Shown: piece after piece, positions 38,593 to 53,033 of the stretch
How positions within the stretch are numbered: position 1 is the stretch's first letter
How the letters are laid out: every line of letters starts with the position of its first letter
Assembly: GCA_045837725.1 (NCBI GenBank)
Contig: JBEWZL010000124.1
Span: forward strand, 372,001 to 436,000
Reading direction: 5' to 3'
Length of the DNA stretch: 64,000 nucleotides
Source of the DNA: Vermamoeba vermiformis
Taxonomy: Eukaryota
Translations under genes and position numbers: made by a program
Notes under the pieces: model-generated
What the model was told of the DNA's origin: nothing
Database searches by the model: none
What the model saw: the letters and a program-made list of their open reading frames with translations, nothing else

Positions 38593-41334
38593 CTAATCGC
38601 GTGCACTGAACTGGATCTGCTCTCGGTCGCTGCTCTCGCTGACCTGTGGTGGGTCGTGCACACTGGTCTGCGCTGGCACTGACTCGTCTTCGTCGCTGCG
38701 CTCTTCATCGGGGCTGTCGTGCGTCACGCGCAAGAACACCTCTTCCAGGGCTGTAACAAGGTCAGTCGTTGTTTGTATATTCACCGTTCATGAACGGAAC
38801 TTACTCGTGTATGAAACCGACCAATCACGAATCAGCGCGGCAATTTCGTCCTTCTCTCTTAATAAGGCGAAGAATTTTTGCAATGCCTTGACATGTGTCA
38901 TCGGAATATTGAACACCATGTTGCCAGCATTCTCCGTGGTGATGCGTGCTCCTGTATGACACGTGTCAGTGAGTGCACCGTACCATTCATGCACGACATA
39001 CGCGGTATCAGCTCAGCAATGCGCGCTTTGACACGTGCAGCCGAGTCGCAGATGACATTCAAATAGTAGCCCGTGCCGAACTCGCGCTTGAGTTGAATGG
39101 CCGGTCCAAAGCAGCGCAATTTGCCCGCAGACATGATGCCAATCACATCCGAGAGCACATCGGCCTCGTCCATCGAGTGCGTGGTCAACACGATCAAGCG
39201 CTGCTTCTTGGTCTGTTCAATCACACGCCACACCTCGCTGCGACTCTGCGGATCCATGCCTGTCGTGGGTCTGGTGGCACGTTAGTGACTAATAAAGGAA
39301 ATACACCGCGACGTACTCGTCCATGAATACTATTTTTGGATCGCCAATGATGCTGATTGCCACTGACAAGCGACGTCGCATGCCCCCGCTGAAGGTGCTC
39401 GCTTGTTTGTGCGCCACGGCATCGAGATTGACCTCTTGCAGCTTGGTCAAGATCTCGCTGCGCACTGACTTGTTCGGTATACCTTTCAGTGCCGCGTATA
39501 CCTCGAGGTGTTCGTGTGCTGTCAACTCGTCCCACAGAATGTCAAACTGCGGACAGAGGCCGATGAGTCGTCGGATCTGATCCATGTCGTGTCGCACACT
39601 CAGGCCGTAGATGTGCGCGTCACCGCCATCAGCATCGAGAATGCCCGTCAATATCGAGAGCGTTGTCGTTTTGCCAGCACCGTTGTGCCCGAGCAAGCAG
39701 AGCAGTTGACCGGGCTGCACGCTGAACGACAAGTGATTCACGGCAATGGTGTCCTGCTTCGAGTCGCAGCACGCGTACTTGCGGTACTTCTTGTACAGCG
39801 ACTCCACGCTGATTGCGGGACCCTCATTGGCTGCGGACTGACGGCGCTTGCGAGGCCTGCAGAGTCGATAGTAATAGCGCGGATTGACGATGAAGTAGAA
39901 GGGCTTGGGTGTGCCGTGCGGATTGGGCACGACATTGTCCAAATAGAGCGCGAGCAGCAAGTAGAGACCAATGTCGCCGAGCAGGAAGTAGATGGCCTCG
40001 ATGGACGGTGCGGCAGTGAAGGTCTTGTCGTTGAGCTCCACGCGCACTGCATCGTAGAGCGAGTGCCAGTAGTAGGTGTGATCGACATAGGCCGAGAATG
40101 GCCACGTGACAGTGCTGATGTCTGCGTAGATCTTGGCGTAGTTGAAGGGCGGGAAGAGTGCAAAGACGTAGCGCGGCACTGCAGTGCTGTCAGGATCGAA
40201 GAAGGTGTAGACGGAGATGGTGATGAAGATGAGCTGCAAGAAGAAGCCCAAGATGAAGAACAAGAAGCAGATGGCATTGCTGTTCGAGGCCTTTTGAATC
40301 AACACGCCAAAGAACAGCGCGAAGGTGAGCAGCGCGAGATCGTAGACCAAAAACAGCACGATGAGCACGAGCGGATCGGTGTCGAACATGAATCTGAAGT
40401 GCAGCAGATAGCCCGTCGCCACGGTGACGAGTGCGTGCAGCAGCGCAATCACGAGCAGGGTGAGCAGCCACGACAGCCAGAACCACACATCGCGCAGTCC
40501 CATCGTGCGCATCGCTGCAGCTGGAGTCAGTCACGTGACACCTATATAGCATTCGACTACCTACCTAGTCGCACGCGTCGCTCCTTCTCCTGCACGAACT
40601 GATTGGTGAAGAGGATGAAGTTGAACATGGCGGGACAATAGAACCACAGCGCACCTGTCGACCACACGATCTCTTCGGGCACCAGGGGCACTGCTTGGCG
40701 GGGGAATCCACCCACCGTGATGTTCAGCCTAGCACGTGATGAGCGGAATAATTGACTAAATTGGGAAGTGGCACACGTACCGCATGAGCGTGTTGTACTT
40801 GACTTGCATGGAGGCCTGGGCGAGCAGTTTGAGCAGTGCCGCAGTGATCTCGCGCTCGTAGGGCGAGGTGATGTTGCGATACACGGTGTAGCCTAATAAC
40901 TGCGTCGTATTGTCGAGCAGAAACGACACTGCTGCTTGCGTCGTGTTCGGATGCGCGATGATCCAGTCTTCCATCGCACTCTCACTCTCAAATCCGATCA
41001 CATTCGCATTCTTGTCATCGAAGGTGCCTATAGTGAGCGGCGGATCGTTGTTATCAGCCACGAGTTGCATCATCTGCTGGATTTGTGACACGTTTGTATT
41101 CGGTGCATAGAGCAGCGCGTAGCACGTGCCATTTGAATTGGGATAGCATCTAGGCATTGAATTGACTGCACTAGGCAATGTTACATTGCTCCTATTGCTA
41201 TCAGATATCTTCTGCAGGATAAACAACACCAACAAAAATATGATCGGATTCAATATCTGCAAAATAGTGACCTTCCAATTGCGTGTGTATAGCTTGAAAT
41301 TCTTCCGTAATAATACAGTTAATTGATGGGTCAT
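38593..41334 (-). CDS. ABCA-subfamily half transporter (TMD-NBD)
   Basis: [87 protein letters not shown]. Confidence 0.93.
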
Positions 41335-41644
41335 AGCTGTGGTTATTATTCTTGAATGTGCATGAAACCGTTAAGGTTAGGTATCTAATTAAATAAATCG
41401 CGTAGTATGAGACCCAATGCGCACATGTGTGCGCGTAGTTGCATGCAATATAGCGCTAGAGTTCACTGAGCACGTGGTCAATGAGCCGTGGCGCACATTC
41501 AAAGGTCTGAAATGAGAACTGACGGCAGTGCGATTTTATTTTCATTGTTTCACGCCTGTGAATGCACACATTGAGCGATTAAGTGTGCAGCTCAATACTA
41601 CAGGCCTTATATATCCATTATTGACCAAATAACAGAGTTCTGCC

Positions 41645-44641
41645 ATGGTGCTCGTGCATCAACTCCGCGCACTGTTCATTAAAAATCTAACGCTGTATTG
41701 GCGCCAGAAGATCGCACTCATCTTCATCTGTCTCTTCCCTGTGGCACTCATCGCATTTGTGGCCATATTACAAGTTGCAGTAGACAACCTCAACATAAAT
41801 AATGGCGAGAAAGAGCTGATCCACCCTCCTCCCGAGCCTTTAAATATATTTCAAGGCCTAAATGAGACGGAGCTCAACAACGACTACTTTTTCAACTATT
41901 TCTATGCCTTGCCTAGCTCCCCTGAGTTATGCAGTCAAAAGAGTTTCTGCATCGGCGAACTGACGTCCAATGGCACTGGCTCGGGACTGCTCTCAGCACT
42001 AGTGCCGCTACAATACAACTGGACCTTCTCTAACGGCACACGAGTCACCGTGCCCTATTTCTTTATTCAGAACTCAACCGACCAAGTTGAACGCGATCTA
42101 CTCGACATCCAAAGCCTTCTCAACGAGCACATTGAGCAATACAAGACGAACACCACACTCAAATACTTGTTGCCCGATGGAGGTACGTATTCAACATCCT
42201 TGCAAGTGTTCAGAATACTGATCTGGCCCTCCAGTGGTCATATTCGATGCCGCAGACTTAAGCTTGCCCGTGAGCATCAATCTCAGCTATCGTCTCATGT
42301 ACAACGACTACAGTGTAAGTAACTACGCGTTCGAGAGCACTGTACTGAGTTCTGTTGACAGCTCTATCAACGACTGCCCACATCCACCGTGCAGTACCGC
42401 TTGATGACCTATGTGCACACCATATTTGACTTGTGGTCGATATTCTTCTCGCCCTCCGCGCGGCCCTCAGTGGTGCTCAGCAAAGTGCTGCCGTTCGTCA
42501 ACACGCAAGCTGAACTGCGCGTGATCGATGTGGCGGGCATTGCGCTGTTCCCCTTTGCAGTCTCGTTCTTGCTGCCGCTCTACCTCTATCGCCTCGTGCT
42601 CGAGAAGCAGACCAAGCTGCGCGTCATGATGCGCATCATGGGCCTCAACAACAGCTCGTACTGGCTCGTCAACTACATTCTAGACTTTGCACTCTATTGC
42701 GTGGTGGCACTGCTGTTCAGTGCCGTTGAAATTGCCACCAGTACGTCACACTCGTCACGTGATTGGGATTGACTGACGTGTTCATCGTGACAGGTGTCAA
42801 ATTCTTCGTGCAATCAGCGCCGCACATCATCTTCTTGCTGTTCTTTTTGTGGGGCTTGGCGCAGATCTCATTCGCCTATTTCCTCAGCGCAGTCATCAAC
42901 AAGACGCGCACTGCTACGGGTACGTGACATCTCTGTTGACTGAATTCTTGACACCTGTCAAACACTCACCTCGTCACTTAGTGGTCGGTTACATGCTCGT
43001 CATTGTCTCGGTTATCACCGCGGAAATTCTCGCAGCCAACAGTAAGTCCACTGAATGACACCTGTCACACACGTCACTCACCGTCCCGTGCAGTTTACAA
43101 AGAACAACGTCCTCCCTGGCTGTTCTGGTTCTATCCGTTCTTCGTGTTCTATCGCGCGGTGTACGTGGTGTGGACTGACTGCTACGGCGCCATTTCCTCG
43201 AATGAAACTGTCTCGTACTTTGCTTGTCCCACCACACTGCCGCTCGACGGTGAACTCACCCTCGCATTTGTGGTGATGGCCGTGCACGCCGTGTTCTTCT
43301 TGGTGCTGGCCGTGTATCTCGATGCCGTGCTGCCCACCAAGGGATTCGGTGTGCCGCCCTCGCACCCACTGCTCTGCCTGCACCGCGACAAGGGCTGTGG
43401 GGCTCGATCGCGCGATGAGGCACATGATGTGGAGGAGGATCTCGCTGAGAAGAATCAAATTCTCGACGAGTCCGTGCAGGCAGAGAAGCAGCGCGTGTTG
43501 CAAGGCGAAGACGCGTCGAATGCAGCGGTGGTGATCTCCAACTTGTGCAAGCGATTCAAGAAGAAGAAGAGCAAGCGCTCCGATGCAGCAGTGCACGCAC
43601 ATCTGCGCGAGTGGGCTGTCGATCACTTGTACCTGACCATCAACCAGGGCGAGTGCTTCGGACTGTTGGGTGAGAATGGTGCCGGCAAGACAACCACCAT
43701 CAGCATGTTGACGGGACTGCTCGAAGTCACCTCTGGCACCGCACTCTTCCAGGGCTACAATCTTCGCTTTCGACGTCACATGCAGCAAATTCACAAGCTC
43801 ATTGGTACGTATGTGCAGCCACTCTGATCGCGTTTGACACCTGTCATTTGCAGGTGTGTGTCCGCAGTTTGACACGCTGTGGCCGAGTCTCACGCCCGAA
43901 GAGCATTTGCTCTTCTTTACTCGTCTGCGTGGCACAGTGCCGCAGCACAAAGAGCACGAGCACGTGAATGAACTGCTGCAGCTGTTTGAACTCGATGGCA
44001 AGCGCAAGTACAAGCTGTCCAAGCAGTTGAGTGGTGGCATGCGTCGTCGATTGTCCGTGGGCATTGCACTGGCAGGTGACAGCAAGATTGTGTTCTTAGA
44101 TGAGCCCAGCACTGGCCTAGATCCGCGCAGTCGTCGGTTGTTGTGGGACATTATATTGAAATTCCGCGAAAAGGGAGATCGCAGCATCATTCTGACCACG
44201 CACTCGATGGACGAGGCTGATGTGCTGTGTTCGCGCATTGGCATCATGATGCGCGGTCAGTTGCGCTGTGTTGGCACCTCCCTCGAACTCAAACGCAAGT
44301 TCGGATTCGGCTATCGCTTGGTAAGTGAGCATACACTGCGCGTACCTAGTCTCATGCTTGTTCCGCAGACTGTGTCCTTCGCCCCTGAACAGAAGCAAGC
44401 TGCAGTTGACGAGGTGGAGCGCTTAGTGCCGAGTGCGGTGGCGATCAACAACTACGACTACACGAATGCGGTGAGCTATCAAGTCGCAGAGACAGACATC
44501 TTGCACTCGCACGCACTCATCGACGAGTTGGAGCGCTGCAAACACCGCGGAGTGATTCACGACTGGGAACTCAATCAGACCAGTCTCGAAGATGTCTTCT
44601 TGAATGTCGTCTCGCGCAAGCAACACAATATCGATGTTTAG
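41645..44641 (+). CDS. ABCA-subfamily half transporter (TMD-NBD)
   Basis: [83 protein letters not shown]. Confidence 0.93.
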
Positions 44642-44689
44642 TGCGCATTGTGAATAATAATAAAGCTGTATTTATTGTACTCACACGCG

Positions 44690-45610
44690 TTAGTGAGGTG
44701 GAGGAGGCATACCTGGAGGCATGCCGCGACCAGGGGGCATACCAGGGGGCATAGGCATGCCTGGTGGGGGCATACCGGGCGGCAGCTTCATACCTGGCGG
44801 CATGGGCGGCATGCCAGGGAATGGTGGGGGCATGCCACGGCCAGGGGGCATACCTGGGGGCATCGGCATACCGGGCGGCATTCCGCGACCAGGGGGCATG
44901 CCAGGAGGCATCGGCATACCAGGCGGCATACCTTTGGGACCACCAGGGGGCATGGGCATGCCTGGAGGGGGCATACCAGGCGGCATTTTCATGCCAGGTG
45001 GAGGAGGCATGCCGCGGCCAGGCATACCAGGAGGCATGGGCATACCGGGGGGCATGCCGCGACCACCAGGGGCCATGTAGGCACCCGCTGGACCACCGAG
45101 TCCCTTGACGGGTGCTTGCAGTCCCACAGGAGGCACACCACCGGGCATGGGGGGCAGTGCGACACCACGACCAGCAGCACGACCCACACCAGGACCAGGG
45201 GCAGCTGCTTGTCCTTGACGACCGCGCTCTTCTGGGGGAGGAGGGCCTTCAATGGACATGGCTACAATAGTCTCACCGCGCACCAAGACGAGGCCCAGAG
45301 GTCGCTTCAAGACACGCTCAGCATTGGCTTCAGTCTTGCCTTTGCTCTTGCTCGCAGTGGTCTTGCGGAACTCTTCAGCATCGCTAATGATCAAGTTCAT
45401 GTGCTTGTCAAAGGCCATGAATTGACCGATCATTTCTCTACCGTCTTGAATGGTAACTCGAATACGGTAGTTGATCCATTGTTGCATCTTGCTTGTCTTG
45501 GACATCGCCTTCATTAAAAATAATAACATTAATACTGTAATAAATTATTTAAAATAATAGTTATTTGAATAAACAATATTCGACCACAAAAATATATTAT
45601 TACGTACCAT
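44690..45610 (-). CDS. SNRPB: Small nuclear ribonucleoprotein SmB/B'
   Basis: ATG|intron|[39 protein letters not shown]...[20 protein letters not shown] and PPGM-repeat tail. Confidence 0.95.
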
Positions 45611-45860
45611 TTTTTTAAGTAATAGAAAACTCTAGAGTGAATCCAGAGAGAGAAATTAAAAAATAATTGACTTCGCTACGAAGAGAAGTCTTACTATTGA
45701 ATTAAATTACAAAACTGTGCTTAGAAATGTGCTCGTAGTCACAGCAGAGAGAACATAAAGTCAACGCTGTGCCTCGGCCAAGAAAAATATTTTCGGTGAC
45801 TTAACCGTACTTAAGCTCTGCTCCATTCAGTACTGCTTATTGGGCGCGGAGACCACAGCA

Positions 45861-48800
45861 ATGTTGCGCTTATTGCTGAAACATGCCTCGGTATCGGTGG
45901 TCAGATGCAAGGCGGCTAGATCCACCCTGTTGCTGAGATCTGTCACCAGCACCGCCAAAAAAGACACTAGTCACCCTATGGAAGAGTCCTATTCACCGGT
46001 AATACGCCATATAGTGATCGTCGAATAACATTTCGCTGACCCAACGCAGAGCAGAGTCGAAAAGGGATGGTACGATTGGTGGCAGTCAAAAGGTCTCAAA
46101 CCATTGTAACAATACAACCTGATTAAATTTCTCATATTTATGCCATGCAGAATATTTTCGACCGAGATCAGACAAGACAGGCACGCCATCCAATAATTAT
46201 TTTTCCATGGTCGTGCCCCCTCCCAATGTCACTGGCTCACTGCACATTGGCCACGCACTGACTGTATCCATGGAGGTAAGCAGTCCTCACCTCTGTTCGG
46301 GGCAGTGAGTTCATCCCAGTACGCAGGACGCGCTGATCCGCTGGCACAAAATGCGCAATGTGCAGCAAGATGTGACGTGGATACCTGGCCTCGATCACGC
46401 AGGCATTGCCACGCAAGTAGTCGTCGAGAAACAGCTCAAGAAGACGCAGAGTGTATGTGCAGTGCGTGCTGGCACTGGTGACTGACGGCGATTGACAGGT
46501 GTCACGACACGACTTGGGCCGAGAGCGGTTCATTGAAGAGGTGTGGCGGTGGAAGGAACAGTACGGCGGACGCATTGTGGAGCAGTTGGTAGGTGTTGCA
46601 AGGGTGCTATGAGAGAGCTGTGCTGTCGACTGACCACTCGCTGCACAGAAACGCACGGGAGCAGCACTGGACTGGTCGCGCGAGGTGTTCACATTGAGTC
46701 CCGCGCTGTCACGTGCTGTCACCGAGGCCTTTGTGCGCATGCACGACGAGGGACTGATCTACCGCGACACCATGCTCGTCAACTGGTGCTGCGCGCTGCA
46801 GACTGTCATCTCCGACATTGAGGTGCGTCACGTGATCGATAAATAGCTGCAATGTTTTAACGCGTGACCAGGTGGACTACGAAGATCTACCAGGGCGCAC
46901 GATGATCGAGATTCCAGGGCGACAAAAGAAGTGAGTGCGTGACTCGGACCAATCAGCGATTAATTTCCTAATTAGGGTTGAGTTCGGAGTGCTCTACAAG
47001 CTGCGCTATCCAATCAGACGTCACGGCGACACCAGCACCGTGCAGTACCTCGAAGTGTGCACCACGCGACCGGAGACTATTTTGGGCGACACGGCCCTCG
47101 CCATTCACCCCGAAGATGCGCGGTACAGTGCATTCCACCAGGGCTGGGAGGCAGTGAATCCACTGACAGGTGCCACCATGACCATTGTGTGTGACAGCGC
47201 AGTGGACCGCGAGTTCGGCACTGGTGTGGTGAAGGTAATGCCCTACTGAGCGCGGTGACTCATATCAGTTCACTGATTACTGATTGCCGCACAGATCACC
47301 CCCGCACACGATCACGTGGACTATCAGATGAGTCAGCGCCACAATCTCCGCGTCATCTCCATGCTCAACACCACTGGGCACGTGACTGGCACCAACACAC
47401 CCTACGACGGCCTCGACCGTTACGAAGCACGTGCGCGCATTGTCAAAGAGCTGCAGTCACGTGACTTGTTGATCAGCACGAGTTCGCACGCGATGCGATT
47501 GGCGCGGTGCTCGCGATCACGTGACGTGTTGGAGCCACTGCTGCAGCCCCAGTGGTACGTGCGCACCGCTCCCCTTGCACGCATTGCCACGCACTTGTCG
47601 CGCACCAATCAGCTGCGATTTGTGCCTGAAGAATTCGCCGATGACTGGTACCGCTGGTTAGGTACGTGCATGATTTTACCAAATTGGGAAATTAACCGTC
47701 GTACCACCAGACAACATCCGCGATTGGTGCATCAGTCGACAGCTGTGGTGGGGACATCGTGTGCCAGCATGGCAGATTGTGGACAGCAGTTACCAGGGCC
47801 CGGCACGCTGGGTGGTGGCACGTGACATTGATGAAGCACGTGATCGTGCCGTGAAACAATACAACGTGTCACGTGACTGCATACTCGAACAGGATCCTGA
47901 CGTGCTTGACACGTGGTTCAGTTCGGGTCTGTATCCTCTTTCAGTGAACGGCTGGCCAAATAAGGAAACATTGCCGTTCTATCCACTGCGCGTGATGGAG
48001 ACTGGGCACGACATTCTCTTCTTTTGGGTGGCGCGCATGGTCATGTTGTGCTCCTATCTCGGACCGAAAAAGAATTCAGGTGTCAACGTGTCACTCGACG
48101 ACCTCGATGCGTACCAGTCCCCATTTGACACTGTCTGGCTGCACGCGGTGGTGCGTGATGCGCAGGGCCGCAAGATGAGCAAATCACTCGGCAATGTCAT
48201 CGATCCGCTCCACGTGATTGAGGGCAGAGCGCTCGATCTCGTGCTTGGAGATCTCAACCAGGGCAATCTCGATCCGCGCGAGGTCAAGCGTGCCACCGAA
48301 CTATTCAAAAAAGATTTTCCGCAAGGTATCCCCGAGTGCGGCACTGATGCGCTGAGATTTGGTCTCGCGGCCTTCAGCAAACAGGTGCGTCTAAAAATAG
48401 CTCGCGTGCGTATGTCTGACAGTTCATACAGGCCCGCAACATCAACATGGACATTAATAGACTGGTGGCATATCGCCACTTCTGCAACAAGATCTGGAAT
48501 GCCACGCGCTACATCATGACACATGTCAATCAGGGTGTTGAACCGATTGACGCGCATCAACTCGTCACACTCGCGCACTCAGATCTCGACAAGCTATTTT
48601 TAGAAACACCGGCAAAATTTCCCATTCAAAATGGCAATCTGTCGCTGTCGCTGATCGATCTCTGGATCTTATCCAAATTAGGTGCGATGGTCCGAGAGGT
48701 CAACCAGGGCTTTGACACGTTAGACCTGTCACGTGTCACCGCTGCCATTCACGGCTTCTTCATGTACGATCTCTGCGACGTGTACTTGGAATTTTCCAAA

Positions 48801-49547
48801 TTAGTACTGAACACGCACGCGAGTGAGCAGAGTGCCACTGACCTGTCAAGTGAACTGTCAAAGCGAGGTGCGCGTCACGTGTTGGTCACGTGTTTGAATG
48901 TGGTGCTGCGTGTCATGCACCCACTCATGCCGTTCATCACCGAAGAACTGTGGCAAAGACTGACCAATGACACGGACTCCATTGTGACACGTGTCTATCC
49001 TCGTGTCGAAGATCCAGTCATCTCGCACTGGACGCGCATGCCCAAAATAGAACAAGCTGTATCTCACTTGGTCGAGATTGTGAGTGCCGCGCGATCACTG
49101 CGCAAAAGCTATTCACTGAAAAGCGATCAGCTGACACGTTTGATTGTGCGCACTGATGATGCAGCCCTGGTCAGTGTCGTGCAACAGTACTCGCATGCTT
49201 TGCAGAAATTCTGCAAACTTAGTCACGTGATCATCGAAGAGCCCACAGCGACACGTGACGAATCAGAAGCGAGCAGCACGCGCCTGATCAGCGAACGATG
49301 TCACGTGATCATGCCTGCCGATGAAGGACTGGTCGATCTCGCGCAGGAGATTGCAAAGCTTGACAAAACTCACCGACAACTCGTGCAGCGTCGTGAGAGC
49401 TTGGAGCGACAAATGACAGATGTCAACTACAGTGTCAAAGTGAGTGCGGAGGTGAGAGCTAAAAATAGCAACAAACTTGCTACCCTCAATGCGGACATTG
49501 CGCAAGTCGAGCTGAGTCTGCGCCAATTGAAATCAAAGCTAAAATAG
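45861..49547 (+). CDS. VARS: Valyl-tRNA synthetase with N-terminal mitochondrial-type presequence
   Basis: [99 protein letters not shown]. Confidence 0.95.
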
Positions 49548-49681
49548 GAAATGACCATATTTGTACATACACCCTTGTAAACAATCGCCTCGCTGTAGTT
49601 AAATCAGATTATTATTCACAAAGTACACGGTTATAAGAGTTACATATCGCTGCACAGTCCTGTACACACAACGAGTCACAT

Positions 49682-50382
49682 CTACTCTTGCAATTTGTCC
49701 AGCTGTTCTAGTCGCTCTAACACGACACGTTTGCTTGTTTCCATAATATCGCCCGCTAAGAACACCTCGTCGAGTATCGCAAACACCTTCCAGAAGTTGA
49801 ACACCAGATCCAGCTCGCACACGTTGTGGAAGTACAGATCGAGAATTTCAACAAACAGATGGATAGACTCGAGCGCTGCTAGCTCGTTGTCGCTGGGTTC
49901 AATGCACATGCAAAAATACAAGCCTGCATATCTTCTGTAAACCAGCTTGTGTTGACGGTACTAAACAAAATGTCAGCCAAAGTCGCAGTTCAATTTCAGA
50001 TCGGAAACAAAAAATCTTTTCAACTTTACAACTGACGGGATTCATGCAAACATAAGATCGTAATGCGTTATTAAATAATTTTAAAAATTGTTGCAGCAAT
50101 ATCGGGTTATTTCCAGTCGAGTTGTCAATGATATTGCTCAATCTGATAAGGAATTGTTTTGAGCGTAATTACCTCTACAAAATTAGTGAATTTAACCTCG
50201 CGCGAGGTGACAATGCGGTGCACATCGGTGGTTAATTTGCGCTTCTCTTCGTCGTCGTAGGGCATGTACCACTTGGCGAGTCTAGTGCGCCCTTGCCGAT
50301 TGAGCACAATGATGTATTGGATCTGCGTGACATGGCTGTTGTTAGCACTGACTTGGGTGTATATATTTAGAGGCCTTACCAT
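49682..50382 (-). CDS. AP2S1: AP-2 adaptor complex sigma subunit
   Basis: [20 protein letters not shown]...[22 protein letters not shown]...[18 protein letters not shown]...CELDLVFNF. Confidence 0.92.
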
Positions 50383-50459
50383 GCTGTGCTCGTGTTCAAT
50401 TGAATTGCATTTAAGGACTGATATTTTTTCACTCCCCGTCAAGCCACACACCACACAAT

Positions 50460-51778
50460 ATGGACAAAGCAGTGTATTATCTCGGCATTGAGGGCAGTGC
50501 GAATAAGATCTCAGTGGGCATAGTCACCCCTGATGGCAATATACTCGCTAATGTGCGACGAACTTACGTCACTCCTCCCAGGCAGCGGATTTCAACCAAA
50601 ATTCACAGCACTGCACCATCAACGGCACGTATTGGGTCTCGTGCATCAAGCACTCAAGGTAATTTTGGGGCGTGATCAATAGTCGAATTATTGTAATTTT
50701 CTCCGATCGACAGCTTTGCATAACACCACGCAGTATTCTTATTTATTGCAATAATAACGCCATTTATTGCTATTCAATTAGGAGGCCGGACTGTCGGGTG
50801 AACAGATCACGTGTCTGTGTTACACGCGCGGACCAGGTACGCAGACGAGCACTAGCACGCTATGATACTCACACACATATATATGCAGGCATGGGAGGAC
50901 CACTGCGCTCAGTGGCAGTCGTGGTGCGCATGTTGAGTCAGATCTGGGGTGGGTCGCGCGGTGCCCTGCCCATCATCCCCGTGAACCACTGCATTGCGCA
51001 CATTGAGATGGGTCGTCTCGTGACCAAGATCATCAATCCGACCGTGCTGTACGTGAGTGGTGGCAACACGCAAGTGATCGCCTATCTCAATCACTGCTAT
51101 CACATCTTCGGCGAGACGATTGACATTGCTGTCGGCAACTGTCTCGACCGATTCGCGCGCATTCTCGGACTCAGCAACGACCCTGCTCCTGGGCTAAATA
51201 TAGAACTCGAGGCTCGACAGTATTTGCAGTCATTCAGAGCGGAACATCCCAACGAATTTCCGCCAATCATTGCCGACATTCCATACGTGGTGAAGGGCAT
51301 GGACGTGTCATTTTCAGGGCTGTTGACCGCCATTGAAGAGATTGCCAAATCGGGACAACACAGCACTGGCGCACTGTGCTATTCGCTGCAAGAGACTATA
51401 TTTAGCATGCTGATCGAGATCACCGAGCGCGCACTGGCACACTCCAACAGCGACAGCGTGCTCATTGTCGGTGGCGTGGGCTGCAACGTGCGCCTGCAAG
51501 AGATGATGCGCGACATGCTGGCACAACGCCAGCCCACTCCCGGCGTGTTGTGCGCGATGGACGATCGGTACTGCATCGACAACGGCGCGATGATTGCGTG
51601 GACGGGGCTGATCATGCACCAGTCTTGGCAGGCACACGGCGGCAGACCCGGCACCAGTAGTGGTGTGCGCGTGGCTCCCTCGCAGCTCAAGTACTGCGGG
51701 CCTGTCACTCTGCCACTCACTGACACCACGCAACGCTTCAGAACTGACGCCGTGTACATTCACTGGCGCGACGATTGA
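50460..51778 (+). CDS. KAE1: tRNA t6A threonylcarbamoyltransferase Kae1/OSGEP; apparent +1 frameshift at 50577-50579
   Basis: [74 protein letters not shown]. Confidence 0.93.
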
Positions 51779-51896
51779 GCGCTGTTGTACATATATAAAG
51801 GAACTGCTATGACCTGCTGTACGATATGGACTGATAGATACACTATGAACACCTATTTACATGACTCGGTACACGTCTCTGTGGCTATTTTTAGGC

Positions 51897-52661
51897 TCAC
51901 TGCTCGCTCAGAGATTGGCGCACATTGTCCGCGACTTTTTGTCTGAACAGCGCTCTGTTCTCGCGCCACATCTTTGCAGCATCAATATTTGCAGGCGACT
52001 GATCGTTGGGCTCGGACAGCATGGACACCACGCTGATGAGTATCTTTTCAATGCTCTGCACGGGGGACCAGCGCTCACTCGAACTCTCGTACTGCATCGG
52101 ATCTTCTCCGGGGGCGTGCAGTATGCTGATGCACACCTCGCCATTCGGGTATACTGCAAATGGATTAGATCACGCGAGTATCTTTGCAGACGTACTGTTC
52201 GGGTGCCACAGCGGCGTGGTGAATTTCATCTTGGGCGGATTGAGCGGATAATCGCCAGGGAATGTCAGCACGGCGCGGAACAATCCACCCTCGTAGTCCG
52301 TGCCACTCGGACCTCTGCGCGACACGTGAGCTATTTATAGGCACTAGTCGTGGGGTGTCACTTACATGATGAGCGCTTCCCAGGTAAAGAAATCATCTTC
52401 AGTCACGGGACCTATTAATAGCTGTTTAATATGGTGCATATACGGAGACAATAGCACGCAGCAATCATATTATTTGTGACGTCAGCAGATCCGGAAATTG
52501 AAAAATTTTAATTTGGAATAATTGTCCTATGATAATTACCTGCAATAATGCCCTCGGGTGGATTTTCTGTTAATTCTAAAAATAGAAATTAATCAGCAGC
52601 ACGCGATCAGACTCCTTACGTTTATATTCTTGCATCAGGCGCTTGAAAGCAGCCCCAGCAT
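51897..52661 (-). CDS. UBC7: Ubiquitin-conjugating enzyme Ubc7/UBE2G2; apparent 1-nt deletion right after the ATG
   Basis: [69 protein letters not shown]. Confidence 0.92.
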
Positions 52662-53033
52662 GAAATGACACCGAAGAATTGTTGAACATATCTACACTAC
52701 TAAATATATATATACAGCACTTGATGTTGCACACCTAGCGAGGGTTGAAAGAATTTTTCACCGAACTGAAAGTACGCGGACCTTGACCGGCATACGGTGC
52801 CGCTACAAAATTGTCGTGGTGGACCGATAAGTCCCGAACGAATATATCATAATGAGTTGATAACCCTAGTGATGGATGTTTGCGTGTTTATTTCGCCCCA
52901 CGCCTGCGAAAAGTCGTGTGAAAAAGGCGAGCAGTTCTATCGCGACGAATCAGCGCTAATTCTACTTGCTGGTGTGAATCAGTGCACACTTTATAGAGGC
53001 CTATACTTAACTTAAGTCGTGGCACTCACAACA

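Noticed and set aside
39508-44247. Long antisense ORFs over the ABCA genes (364 aa, 389 aa), and similar ones over kinesin, SmB and GPI
   Set aside because: Shadow ORFs caused by codon bias of the sense genes; no recognisable domains
44700-45070. GC-rich tandem repeats
   Set aside because: They encode the ordinary PPGM-rich tail of SmB
45608-50382. Introns immediately after the ATG in SmB and AP2S1
   Set aside because: Start-codon-adjacent introns are a common, known feature
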